Shown here piece after piece: positions 1 through 12,050 of a stretch of 63,089 nt of DNA. Within the stretch, counting starts at the first letter, position 1. The number at the start of each line of letters is the position of its first letter. Under the pieces are notes generated by a model. That model saw nothing but the letters and a program-made list of their open reading frames with translations, searched no databases and was not told the origin of the DNA. A program made the translations under genes and the position numbers. Origin of the DNA: Octopus bimaculoides (Eukaryota); NCBI RefSeq assembly GCF_001194135.2, contig NC_068990.1, forward strand, positions 62,704,782 through 62,767,870, in the 5' to 3' direction.

Positions 1-99
1 AAAAAAAAATGTTCAATAATTAATAATATCAAAGGGTAATATAATATTAGAAATTTCTACTACCAGTGGACTAGCGTGTAAAAATTTAGTCCTTAGACT

Positions 100-1090
100 G
101 TGGGGGAAACATTAATTGCTGGCAAGATGCCGAAAAGAGTAACTTCGTCTGGCGAAGAGTCGTCAACCGACAGGGAGGCAAAGAAGATTGAAAGTTTAAT
201 ATCTGGCGATATTTTGGATTCTTCTGAAAGTGAATTTCCCCAACCATCAATGTGTACTTTTGCAAAGAGGAATATTGACGTGAAAAGCCTTCAAACAGAA
301 GAAAATAAACAAAAAAGAAGTTTTGCGTCGGCGGCTGGAGATGGAACCCGCCAGCTGTCGACAAACAAAAATGACCAGATAAAGTACAAAGATATGATAA
401 CAATTGAAGACTGTGTTGTAAAAGTTCAACCACCGGAAGAACTATTAATGTTAGAAAAAAGAAAAACAATTATTTTAAAATCTTACTGTCTAAAAGGAAA
501 AAAAAAATTGATCGAGTGAGCGAAGAGAAAGTTGAGAAATGCTTGAAACCCATCTGGCAGGATATCACATACCTAGCCAGAGGGAAGAAGTTTGGTACTA
601 TCGAAGTACGACTAAAAGATATAGAAACTGCACAAATGCACTCAATTAATTCTTCAGAAACAGACGACGTTGTTTTGATTCCAATATATAGGGGAATGAG
701 GACGTCAAAGATACATATACCAAGGGTCCCACCTCAAGTCGACCCTATGTGGTTGATGGCGGCAGTCCTGGCAAAAAAGGAAGATAAAATAACACTCCTT
801 TAGGCTAACGTCACAGAAAAGGCTAATTGGACCGGTCAAACGGTTCAGCTCTTAATAAAAGCAGAACAGTCAATTTTAGAACAGTTACCAGAGAAAATAG
901 AAATATAAAAATCGGAGAGGAATTCCTTAACGTATTCATCGAGGGGCGTAAGCATCGATGTCTCCAGTGAGGCCAGCTGGGCCATATAACAAAACACTGT
1001 AGAGACGGCGAGGAAGAAGTCGATGGTGAGGAGGAGGAGGAGGAGGAGTAGGAGGAGAGAGAGAAACAGAAGAAAAGAAAGCAACTAACA
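100..1090 (+). pseudogene. L1/Tx1-clade LINE ORF1 (gag-like), disrupted
   Basis: ORFs 100-519 and 516-803 join by a 1-nt frameshift and continue past a stop. A degenerate CCHC knuckle (EGRKHRCLQ*GQLGHIQ..HC) lies near 945-1000. The region is directly upstream of an APE endonuclease fragment. Confidence 0.7.
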
Positions 1091-1215
1091 ACAAGAGAAA
1101 AACGGAAAGCTCAAGTCAACAAAAACAAGTCGAACTAAGACCAAAAAACAAAAATACTGCGAAAAGAGACAAACGAAGGATACTAAGGAAGGAAGCAGAA
1201 GACAGAGAGATAGTC

Positions 1216-1535
1216 GTGTTATACAGCAAAAATGAAGATTGGTCGTTCTTGCCATTCAGTTGTGGCAAGATAATCAGGCTGGTTGCATTTTATGCACCAA
1301 ACGTTATGGGCCCGCAAAGTGAATATCTTCGTGACCTGGGCAAGTTCCTGGCCACGTCGCATTCGCTAGTACTGATAGGAGGCTTTAACACAATCTGTGA
1401 CGCACACACAGATTGTGTTGGCTCGAACATGAATAGAAATTATAACCCTTGCTTACAGGATCTGCTAAGTCACTTTCAGTTGGTAGATCGATATAGGTTG
1501 GAACACCCGAACACATCACAGGGGACGTGGTCAAA
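1216..1535 (+). pseudogene. L1/Tx1-type apurinic-like endonuclease (ORF2 N-terminus) fragment
   Basis: RLVAFYAPN, SLVLIGGFN (GDFN motif decayed), LVDRYRLEHP and TWSN are typical L1/Tx1 APE motifs. Truncated at about 1535. Confidence 0.8.
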
Positions 1536-2298
1536 TAGCCGCATTTCACGGGAGGGCTGCAATCAGAAAACCACTACTATCAAGACGTTGCAAAGTGTTT
1601 AGAGTGAAGTGAAAACCTACAGAATTGATCCCTAGAGCAGTGGAAGGATGTTATTTTCTCGGACGAGTCATTCTTTACCTTATTTCCGACCACCGGCCGA
1701 GCATACATGTGGAGAGAGAGCCAATAGAAGCATTTGACCCATACTGCCTTCTTCCAACTTTTTAACATAGAAGAGGATCTGTAATGATGTGGGGTGGGGT
1801 GGCTATATCGTGGAAATCCGCTGGCCCAATGGTTTCCTTTCATGGCAGAATTAATAGTCAAGACTATCTAAGGATTTTACCTGATCAAATTCATCCTTTG
1901 GCTGTGGAATTATTTTCGGAGGGAAACGCAATCTTTCAGGATGATAACGCACCAATTCACACAGTTAAGTTGTTACTGAATGGCAAGAGGAACATTCTAG
2001 TGAAGTTGAGAATCTTATCTGGCCGCCACAGCCCCCAGATCTCAATATTATTGAACATTTATGGTGCATTTTAGAAAAAAAAGTAAGTAGTCGATATCCT
2101 TCGCCATCATCACTATAAGAACTGGAGACTGTTTTAACTGAAGAATGGACAAAAATTCCTTTGGGAACAATTCAAACTTTGTACGTGTCCACCGTACCTC
2201 GTAGAATTGAAGCTGTAATTACTGCCAAAAGTGGTGCTACCCCATATTAAAATGAATTTGTTCTTAAGGTGTTTCCATTATTTTGTCCACCTCCTGTA
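1536..2298 (+). mobile_element. Tc1-like transposon, 3' two-thirds (DD37E/TRT-like), with right TIR and TA
   Basis: FHGRAAIRKPL, WKDVIFSDES, VMMWG, FQDDNAPIH, WPPQ(S)PDLNIIEHLW, RRIEAVITAKSGATPY*. Right end ...GGTGTTTCCATTATTTTGTCCACCTCCTG at 2296, followed by TA. Confidence 0.9.
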
Positions 2299-3419
2299 TA
2301 TATGNNNNNNNNNNNNNNNNNNNNNNNNNNNNNNNNNNNNNNNNNNNNNNNNNNNNNNNNNNNNNNNNNNNNNNNNNNNNNNNNNNNNNNNNNNNNNNNN
2401 NNNNNNNNNNNNNNNNNNNNNNNNNNNNNNNNNNNNNNNNNNNNNNNNNNNNNNNNNNNNNNNNNNNNNNNNNNNNNNNNNNNNNNNNNNNNNNNNNNNN
2501 NNNNNNNNNNNNNNNNNNNNNNNNNNNNNNNNNNNNNNNNNNNNNNNNNNNNNNNNNNNNNNNNNNNNNNNNNNNNNNNNNNNNNNNNNNNNNNNNNNNN
2601 NNNNNNNNNNNNNNNNNNNNNNNNNNNNNNNNNNNNNNNNNNNNNNNNNNNNNNNNNNNNNNNNNNNNNNNNNNNNNNNNNNNNNNNNNNNNNNNNNNNN
2701 NNNNNNNNNNNNNNNNNNNNNNNNNNNNNNNNNNNNNNNNNNNNNNNNNNNNNNNNNNNNNNNNNNNNNNNNNNNNNNNNNNNNNNNNNNNNNNNNNNNN
2801 NNNNNNNNNNNNNNNNNNNNNNNNNNNNNNNNNNNNNNNNNNNNNNNNNNNNNNNNNNNNNNNNNNNNNNNNNNNNNNNNNNNNNNNNNNNNNNNNNNNN
2901 NNNNNNNNNNNNNNNNNNNNNNNNNNNNNNNNNNNNNNNNNNNNNNNNNNNNNNNNNNNNNNNNNNNNNNNNNNNNNNNNNNNNNNNNNNNNNNNNNNNN
3001 NNNNNNNNNNNNNNAGTGTGTGGGCGAGTCTGAGCGTGTGAGTGCATGCATATGTGTTGTGTGTGTGGTGTGTTGGGGGTAGGTGTGTTGGGGGTAGGTG
3101 TGCTTACATGTGTGTGTATGGGTGCGTGTATTTTTTGTGTGTGGGTATGTGTGCGTGTAGGTAGGGGTGAGATAAAAAGTGGAAAAATGTAGTGAGTGTA
3201 ATAACAAGAGAATAATGGATATAATGCAAAGGGGACGAGGGGGGAGTGTAAAAAAATAAAAAGAAAAAAGAAAAAAGAAAATATAAAATAAAGAAAAGTG
3301 TTGCATAGACGTAAAGGGGAGAGTCATAAGGAATATATATGTACACATACCTATAAACACACTCAGACCCAAGCCTGCGCAACACTCATTCAACGTTGCA
3401 TACAGACATATACCAGCCA

Positions 3420-3497
3420 AATCTTTTATCTTTCTTTTCCTTTTTTCAGTTGTTAGACCGCAGCAATGCTGGGGCACCGCCTTGAAGAATTTTACGC
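3420..3497 (-). mobile_element. SINE-A 3' tail fragment
   Basis: Similar to the reverse complement of the SINE-A 3' end (ggcggtgccccagcatggccgcagtc...gaaacaagtaaaaga). Confidence 0.55.
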
Positions 3498-3780
3498 AAA
3501 TATATGAATCAGTTATTTGATTAACGATACAAATACTCACGAATGAATATATATGCGCCTGGTCATAGATATTTAGTTTCATGTCAGCGAGGAAGCTGCT
3601 ACATTGCAGCTTTCCATATTAGAAATGGCAGCTTAATATCTTTACAGTTATCATAGAAGAAAAAAAAGCGTTAATAGACACGGCTGAATAACTTCGATCA
3701 TTCATCTGCTCTGTCTGAGTTGACCTAAAGGTGAGGAAGAGACAACTCATGAACGTACACTTCGACAGAATAATTTTCAC

Positions 3781-3812
<32 letters not shown>

Positions 3813-4372
3813 NNNNNNNNNNNNNNNNNNNNNNNNNNNNNNNNNNNNNNNNNNNNNNNNNNNNNNNNNNNNNNNNNNNNNNNNNNNNNNNNNNNNNNNN
3901 NNNNNNNNNNNNNNNNNNNNNNNNNNNNNNNNNNNNNNNNNNNNNNNNNNNNNNNNNNNNNNNNNNNNNNNNNNNNNNNNNNNNNNNNNNNNNNNNNNNN
4001 NNNNNNNNNNNNNNNNNNNNNNNNNNNNNNNNNNNNNNNNNNNNNNNNNNNNNNNNNNNNNNNNNNNNNNNNNNNNNNNNNNNNNNNNNNNNNNNNNNNN
4101 NNNNNNNNNNNNNNNNNNNNNNNNNNNNNNNNNNNNNNNNNNNNNNNNNNNNNNNNNNNNNNNNNNNNNNNNNNNNNNNNNNNNNNNNNNNNNNNNNNNN
4201 NNNNNNNNNNNNNNNNNNNNNNNNNNNNNNNNNNNNNNNNNNNNNNNNNNNNNNNNNNNNNNNNNNNNNNNNNNNNNNNNNNNNNNNNNNNNNNNNNNNN
4301 NNNNNNNNNNNNNNNNNNNNNNNNNNNNNNNNNNNNNNNNNNNNNNNNNNNNNNNNNNNNNNNNNNNNNNNN

Positions 4373-4406
<34 letters not shown>

Positions 4407-5315
4407 TTACCACACAGCCACTCCTACGCCTATATATATATATGGAATATTACTTCATGTAAATAACATAGATAATAGAATATTGAACTGAAAATTCCCT
4501 TTTGGACAGGAAAAGTAAAAGCCTGCTCATGGGACTTGAACTCGCATCTCTTGTAAACATAGCAGGCTTTCGTATCATCGGACGAAAGCAATCCTTTGAA
4601 GACCTGTATTCATTTTAGGAACTTTATTCTTACCAGCGAGTTGTATGTTGTTGACGTTATAAGAACTTTAAAACTTTGAAGAAATCGTGAAATATTTCTA
4701 CTTTTGGAAGAGTGGATCTCGAAGCACATAATGCTGTAAATAATAGTATGCAAATATTGGGTTGAAAATCCCTTTTGGGCAGAAAAAAAATCGAAGGGGT
4801 TAAGAATGAAGTTCCTAAGATGGACAGAAAGATTTAAAAGATTGCTTTAGACCTGTCTCATCGGCAGCCTTCGACCTTTTCTACAAAAAACGGTTTTCGT
4901 CTTCCTTATTTAGCATTTGTAGATCATCACTCTCCACCGCACTGCAGTTTTCGTTTGAAGCAAACATTTCAGAATGCTGTCTTTTACTTAACCGTCTATT
5001 TTACGTTTGTCCACACCCGAGAAAGGAGAACTGTAACTGCCTTTCCAGTCCTCTCGCCAATCTTCGTGCCAAGAGAGAGCTTGTTGAGTCGAAGTGTGTT
5101 AATGATGAATAACATCGGGTTTGCAGCCATCGATGCTATTACTTGCATTACTTCTGTATTCTGTTATAGGACACTCTTTTCCTTCAGACTTGCAAAATTT
5201 TCAGGGGCGTTGTGCTCTGTACAAAAAGAATAAGAAAGCAGGAGGACCATAATCGTGGGGAGTGTAGTATAAGAAGGCATAAAATCTGTGGTAAAAGTAG
5301 CTGGGAGGAAGTAGG

Positions 5316-5352
<37 letters not shown>

Positions 5353-5569
5353 GGTTGGAAAGGTAGAGTGTACGCTAAGTATCACAGATATGTGATACGA
5401 TGATTACTACTAAGGATGAGAAAAGCTAGCTGAGGTATTGAGATGTGAGAGCAGTGGGACAGTTTTGTTCTGAAACAGTGAAGCAACCAGAGGTGCTTAC
5501 CTTACGAAATTTGGGAAGGAAGTAGAAGGAGGAGCCATGTAGTTTGTGGATGATGAGGTTGGTAACTGT

Positions 5570-5965
5570 TGTTGTTGTTGTTGTTGTTGGCACTCCGTCA
5601 CTTACGACGTTGTGGGTTCCAGTTGATCCGATCAACGGAACAGCCTGCTCGTGAAATTAACGTGCAAGTGGCTGAGCACTCCACAGACACGTGTACCCTT
5701 AACGTAGTTCTTGGAGATATTCAGCGTGACACAGTGTGACAAGGCTGACCCCTTTGAATTACAGGCACAACAGAAACAGGAAGTAAGAGTGAGAGAAAGT
5801 TGTGGTGAAAGAGTACAGCAGGGTTCGCCACCATCCCCTGCCGGAGCCTCGTGGAGCTTCAGGTGTTTTCGCTCAATAAACACTCACAACGCCCGGTCTG
5901 GGAATCGAAACCGCGATCCTATGACCGCGAGTCCGCTGCCCTAACCACTGGGCCATTGCGCATCC
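5570..5965 (-). mobile_element. tRNA-derived SINE with its own head/body but a SINE-B-type 3' tail
   Basis: A/B-box head on the minus strand, (AAC)n tail, and an 11-bp TSD TTGGTAACTGT at 5559-5569 and 5966-5976. Confidence 0.9.
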
Positions 5966-6181
5966 TTGGTAACTGTAGGAGAGGAAAATAAGAGACGAAA
6001 TAGGTAGTTCCGAGGATTATGTTCACTGGGCACTGAATGGAAAGCAAAAAAAAAATCTAAATCTGAGTCAACAAAGCACTAGCGATAGTTGGATAAGGTG
6101 GACTAATACTGCGGAAGCCTCTACAGGCGTACATGTAACTTCGCACACATCACAGTTCACTAAAGAATAAGCATGTCTGAG

Positions 6182-6476
6182 TGAAGGCGCGTGGCTTAGT
6201 GGTTAGGGCATTCGGCTCACGATCGTGAGTTCGATTCTCGGCGACGCGTTGTGTCCTTGAGCAAGACACTTTATTTTTCGTTGCTCCAGTCCACTCAGCT
6301 GGCAAAAATGAATAGTACCTGTATTTCAAAGGGCTGGCCTTGTCACGCTGAATCTCCTTCAGAACTACATTAGGGGTACTCGTGTCTGTGGATTGCTCAG
6401 TCGCTTGAACGTTAATTTCGCGAGCAGGCTGTTCCGGTGAACGTATCAGCTGCGACCCTCGTCATCGTAACAAACA
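6182..6476 (+). mobile_element. SINE-B (tRNA head, V-like central domain), internally deleted
   Basis: TGGCTTAGTGG and GTTCGATTC boxes, then gtgtccttgagcaagacac domain. 13-bp TSD AAGCATGTCTGAG at 6169-6181 and 6477-6489. Confidence 0.9.
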
Positions 6477-7229
6477 AAGCATGTCTGAGAATAGTCTGTA
6501 ACAGCAAATGACAGCATAAAACATCAACAACCGAACGTAGTAACCACAGCATGGTCCGTTGAACTAATAAAAATAGCAGCTAATTATCTTTATATTAAAG
6601 GAAAAGCGAGATGGTTACGATTGAATCTCTCTCTTTCTTACTTGTAAGTCTGCTACTTCAAGGTTGACGTGTAATAAAAAGAAAAAAATAACAACATCAG
6701 CGACAAGAATAACAACTACAAAATGTGTAAGAATATCGTAAAAACAGCTTAGCGTTGAAAAGTTCTCTTCAGGTGAATTTGTTGTTTGTTGCTAAGCTTC
6801 AAGTGTTTTCTTACGAAGCAAACCTACCTTTTTCATGTAATAATACTTACTAGTGGGACTCGCGAATATTTGACGGAATTAATGGTAAACTTCTTGGGTT
6901 ATTTCTGAAAACTTTATTCAACAACCTGAAAGTGTAGCCTGTGTTGTGTCTGTATCAAAGGATAGTCGCTCATCTGCTAATCATTGAAAAGTGAAAGTAA
7001 TTCGAATACGATGATTACTTAATGCACTTTATATATATACATTTTATATACTTTATGCACAATTTTATAGACTTGATACACAACACACTCTCTCTCTTTC
7101 TCTCACGCGTCACCTTATCCTCTTTTTCTCTCTCCTTTTTCTTTCGCTCTGAAATCGTTACAGACGGGCTACGTAACGGAAGAAGAAAAACAGTTTAAAA
7201 AAATACACATTTCACACTTGTACATTCAT

Positions 7230-7335
7230 TTTTTAAGCCTGGTACTTAGTCTACTGGTTGTCTTTTGCCGAACCGCTAAGTTATGGGGCGTAAACACACC
7301 CACACTGGTTATAAGTGGTGGAGGAGTACAAACAC
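7230..7335 (-). mobile_element. SINE-A 3' module fragment
   Basis: cttttgccgaaccgctaagtta...cgtaaacac matches other copies at 12.8, 21.7 and 49.5 kb. Confidence 0.7.
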
Positions 7336-7345
7336 AAAGATACAA

Positions 7346-7391
<46 letters not shown>

Positions 7392-7734
7392 GTGTGTGTG
7401 TGTGTGTGTATGCGACGGGCTAACATAATTATAAAAATATAATAGGATTTTTTTTTTAAATCACTGAATGGCAAAATAGGAGTCAAATAACTCCATAGAA
7501 AGGAATCAAAAGACTCCATAGGTGAAAAAAAAAAAAGAAGTTTTTTGAGAGTCACTGATCTGTGGAGACAATGGTTGTACAGCGTCACAAGAGTCGTTGT
7601 GGAAAGCGTTGATACAAACAATTATTATAGAACCCATTCTGAACCCATTATGGACTAATTTCCTGGTGTGGTTCATTAACTAAAAGTGGGTTAATTGTAT
7701 TCGTGTTTTAGCTAAAGACAGCAATATGATTAAA

Positions 7735-8054
7735 AAGGGGTAAACAGCAAAGACCCCCTTCGGCCATGGGATTGCACCAAAAGTCCAGGTAATTTGTTTA
7801 TGGAAAACCAACAGTCACCCATGCATGCCGGCCTCCCCTCTCCATGCCACCGATGTTATCCAAGGGAAAGGCAAAGACTAATACAGCTTGGCACCAGTGA
7901 CGTCACAACTCATTTCCGCAGCTAAGTGAACTAGAGTAATGTGAAATAAAGTGTTTTGCTCAAGAACACAGCACACGGCCTGGTCTGTGATTTGAACCCA
8001 CTACCTCATGATTGTGAGCCCGACGCTCTAAACACTGAGCTATGCACCTTCTGT
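7735..8054 (-). mobile_element. tRNA-derived SINE with B-like central domain and a different tail
   Basis: Head AGGTGCATAGCTCAGTG...GGGTTCAAATC and shared gtgttcttgagcaaaacactttatttcac domain. 12-bp TSD AATATGATTAAA at 7723-7734 and 8055-8066. Confidence 0.85.
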
Positions 8055-8391
8055 AATATGATTAAACAGTAATGAAATAATAATGATGACCTCAGCATCG
8101 TTGAAGTTCCTGAATAAAAGCCACGTCTTACATAATCAACGGATTCGACACCGCAATTGCTATTGCCTCTAGCCCAAGGAACGAGTTTGTAACAATAATT
8201 TCACCAGCACTACTTTCACTATAACACCAGTAGCTAACAAAGAACCTTCTACGCAGTCGATCGACCTGTGAGTAGTAGTAGCAAAATTTTACTAAAGTCA
8301 CAGGAAAAAAAAAATTTTTTTTAATAAATAAGATAACGTTATATCGTGCGGCTCAGGATTCGCAGTATAGTAGCTTTATTATTATCATTAT

Positions 8392-8847
8392 TGAGTGAGA
8401 GAGAGCAGTGCATGCCATCAAAATGACACTGGGGTAAAATATACGAAGCCCAATATACCCATCATGACTACCCGTCTGATAAGGGTACACCAGGCACATG
8501 CATCACAACCATATGCACGTGATATGGTGTTCTCATATCAAGATAAACAGCGCATGACCTTGCAGGTGGGGCCCAGTTAGAATTTTCTTCAGGTCGAGTA
8601 GCCCATCCCGCTCAAAAGGTCCCAGAATAAGGTTTGTTTAGGGATGTTGAGCAAAACACCCATGTTTCCAAAGGTAAATTATTCAAATCCCAAAGAATTC
8701 CTCTCAACACATGGCTATGATGCTCCCCCACTACTTCTGCTCGTGATCAGAGATGCACATATCGTCAGCTACCAAGGGACATGCTCAACTGGTTAAGTTC
8801 GAACAACTGACAAGCAAATCTGTGGTATTGAGCAGAATATTTGCTGT
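8392..8847 (-). mobile_element. Non-coding retroposon 3' end embedded in (TAA)n
   Basis: Reverse complement matches 19187-19332 over about 145 bp. Ends ...GGCATGCACTGCTCTCTC(A)CTC then (AAT)n. ATT/TAG triplet repeats on both flanks. Confidence 0.7.
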
Positions 8848-8864
8848 ATTATTATTATTATTAT

Positions 8865-8899
<35 letters not shown>

Positions 8900-9039
8900 A
8901 TTTTGACACTGCAACTAAATCATCAAGAATGAAAAAAATGAGCGCGAAATAGTTGGTGAAACACCAACAACTGCGGCATCAAAGACCAGAAACAATAGAG
9001 TTGTATGAAGCACTAAGAAGACGCCACGATGTAGTCACT

Positions 9040-9230
9040 CCATTTGCTAGAAATAACAATCATATCTCCTTCAAAATCATCAAATAATCTTAATGAAATG
9101 ACAAGTTTGAATGTGTAGTACCAGATTTGTTCCATGAATGGAGGAAACATGCAGGATGGTCATAGCTGGAACGCTTTAGTTATTATGTTCTAGTTAATCA
9201 GGGTTGGCTTGGACTAAACAACGATAATAC
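9040..9230 (+). mobile_element. Old SINE-like family E copy
   Basis: gctagaaataacaatca... and ggatggtcatagctggaa...aatcagggttggcttggactaaacaac; similar to 19520-19745 and 33075-33285. Confidence 0.5.
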
Positions 9231-11804
9231 GTTTTTGGCGTTTCATAAAACCTTGATAGTAACAAGAAAAACAATAACAACAGCAAAAGCATTTTCCACA
9301 TTATCAGGAGACATGAGTAGCAGCAGCAGCAGTTGCAATAGCATTAGTATTAGTATTAGTGGTAGTAGTAGCAGCAACAGCAACAGCAGTAGTAGGAGTA
9401 ACAGTAGCAGTTATAGCAGTGATAGTAGTACTATTAGTATTATTATTAGTAGTAGTAGTGGCAGCCGTAGTGGTGGTGGCGGTGGTGGTGGTGGTAATAG
9501 TAGCAGCAACAGCAGCAACAGCAGCAGCAGCAGTTGGTTCAGCATGTACAGCTAACAGGGATGGGTGATTTAAATGATATATCACTACAACTACAATGGC
9601 TTCCGGTCATTAAGCAAACGTCTTTACCATGTTTTCGGTGTCTATTAAACAACTCACTTGAAACAGCAACTAATAAGATTGACAACATCACGTCTCATTC
9701 ACCGTCCAACCCCCACCCCACNNNNNNNNNNNNNNNNNNNNNNNNNNNNNNNNNNNNNNNNNNNNNNNNNNNNNNNNNNNNNNNNNNNNNNNNNNNNNNN
9801 NNNNNNNNNNNNNNNNNACCACCACCATCACCACTCAGTTCACTGCTGCCTCGCACCGTCAAACCCCAGTGGCGGTTGACAGCCTTAGGCTAAAACCCTC
9901 GAATGATAAATCCATCATCGGCAAGTAAGCAGAACGGATTGTTGACAAGAGGTGGAGATGGGCGAAATAGATTATTTTTCCTCTCTTATAAAATCTTCAT
10001 TGCTGGCTGTTGGTTGTTGGTTGTTGGTTGTTGGTTGTTTCACTAGACAAATCTTTTACCTTGACATCAACCCACCGTTGTTTGTTAGTTATTTCAGTAT
10101 GTTCTATACAACCGAGGCGGCAAATAATGTTCTGGCTCGATGACGGTTGAATTGTTTGGCATCATTGTGAATACTTCCGATTGTCCTTAACAATATAAAG
10201 ACGACAACGAGACAAACTCATTCACACACACACACGCACGCGCGAGCACGCACAGACACTGTGAAATACATCCACCCAGACTCATACGCACGCATGCATC
10301 CACATGCATGTACATATACGTTCAATCATATGAATACACACGCGCACACAATAAGATGCATGCAGTTACATTAACGTCCACACACATTTACATACACTCA
10401 CTCACTCACTTACTCACACGTACCAGCACATATACAGTTAAACAGTTATAAACTCATACAATAATACAATCACACACTCAAGAAAATACGTACATTCACG
10501 CACACATACACGCATGTGCAATGCCACACACACACACACATTGAGATACACAGACACAGATAATTAAATACATACAGTCACTCGTATAAACTCGCGTTTA
10601 AACAACACATACATACAAAAAACACTCAAATGTTAACGCAAAACTACACATGCGCACAACCATAAATACACACATGTGCATACGCTCACTCACATTATCA
10701 CGTATATTCATAAGCACTACCGCAAACATACACAGTCTCTCTTTCACATACACGTACACAATCATACCCATACTCTCAAACACATAATCACATACTCTCT
10801 CTCACACACACACACATCCTCAATAAAATACACTCTCACATGTGCAATTAAATATACACATGTGCACTTACATACAAGCACACATACATACTCTCTCTCT
10901 CTCTCTCTCTCTCTCTCAAACACACAATCACATAGAGGCGCAAATACACGCGCATCTACAAAGATACACATACACACATACACTTGTTCACATACAGACG
11001 TTAATTACTTTGTATTCAATGTCTACTCATGAGGAAACGACGAGTATTTTAATTGTATTCCGACTGGTCTATTGTTACGTCAGTGGAACAGCTGTACTTC
11101 ACCAATGCAAACAACAACCTACGGTGGGATCTCGATTTTAAGCTTGCATGATGGCTACATTAAGTGCATGGCTCACTGTCCGCTCATGTTTGTTGAAATA
11201 CTCTCTTTCTATCTCAAACTTTATAGACGCGATTAAGCAGGTTTATCTGCAGAATAAACATCATGGCTTTCAACTATTGTCTTGAAAACAACTACTGAAC
11301 GCAGTCAGTCGACTTTCTGAGAACAGAAGCGAAATATGTCTCAAGATGCACCCTACATTCTTTTAAAACTGGACACATTGTTCTTTAAAAAACCCCACGA
11401 GGTGCTCATAGCTTTCACGCATTTGATTATAGTTTTGTTCGCTCAGCATTGAAATGAACGTTAACTTTAACCGACAGAAAATGAGTCCTACTAGTCTGGT
11501 ATAGTTCATATTTGATCGAGGACGTAGCAACTCTGGAAATGATGAATGAATCAGTTTAGGACTAGGGTGAGAATGTTGAGCTCCTAGTTTATTTCACTAA
11601 TTGATATCCATACTAAGAAGATAAATATGTACTTACATATGTGTGTGTATGTGTATGTGCGTGTGTGTGGGTGCTTGTGCATGAGTCGCCCCAGAACGCT
11701 GCGTGCAGCAAACCGGCGAACGAGCAAAACGCATACATTGAGTATATGCGGTCGATAATGTTTACAACATTAGCTCTGCTTTTAATTCGTAACTGAATTT
11801 AATC

Positions 11805-12050
11805 TTGAGTTTGCATCGATTCGATTCTTTTCCGGTTCGATTAGAGTACGTGATGTTGATAAGCCACAAAAATGGCGAAATATCGATATCCATCACACTC
11901 CTGAATGGGACTGGAGGCAAGTTGTATCGTCTGTCTATGACTTCCAGGTATTTTGACACCCAGTGCTATGAGGGAGTCATCCTCAAAGCGCTGTGCAGCA
12001 GCAAACCGGTGAACAAGCAAAACGCATACATTGGCTATGTTTACAACAAA
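11805..12050 (+). pseudogene. Possible Penelope-like GIY-YIG endonuclease N-terminal remnant
   Basis: MLISHKN...GKLYRLSMTSRYFDTQCYEGVILKALCSSKPVNKQNAYIG resembles the PLE linker and GIY-YIG start (IISSHNK..CNC..C...C...VIYKA.......YIG), with Cys decayed. Partial duplicate at 11690-11775. Confidence 0.35.

Noticed and set aside
1216-1602. 128-aa ORF as a standalone gene
   Set aside because: It is a chimera of a LINE endonuclease fragment and out-of-frame Tc1 sequence.
2231-3582. Long ORFs spanning N runs (also 16395-17107, 43118-44204 and 50941-51417)
   Set aside because: They are open only because N codons contain no stops.
9235-9585. Ser/Gly/Thr/Val-rich ORFs (also 59050-59776 and the HTHT/YIYI/ERER ORFs throughout)
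   Set aside because: These are translations of trinucleotide and dinucleotide microsatellites, with no splice or homology support.
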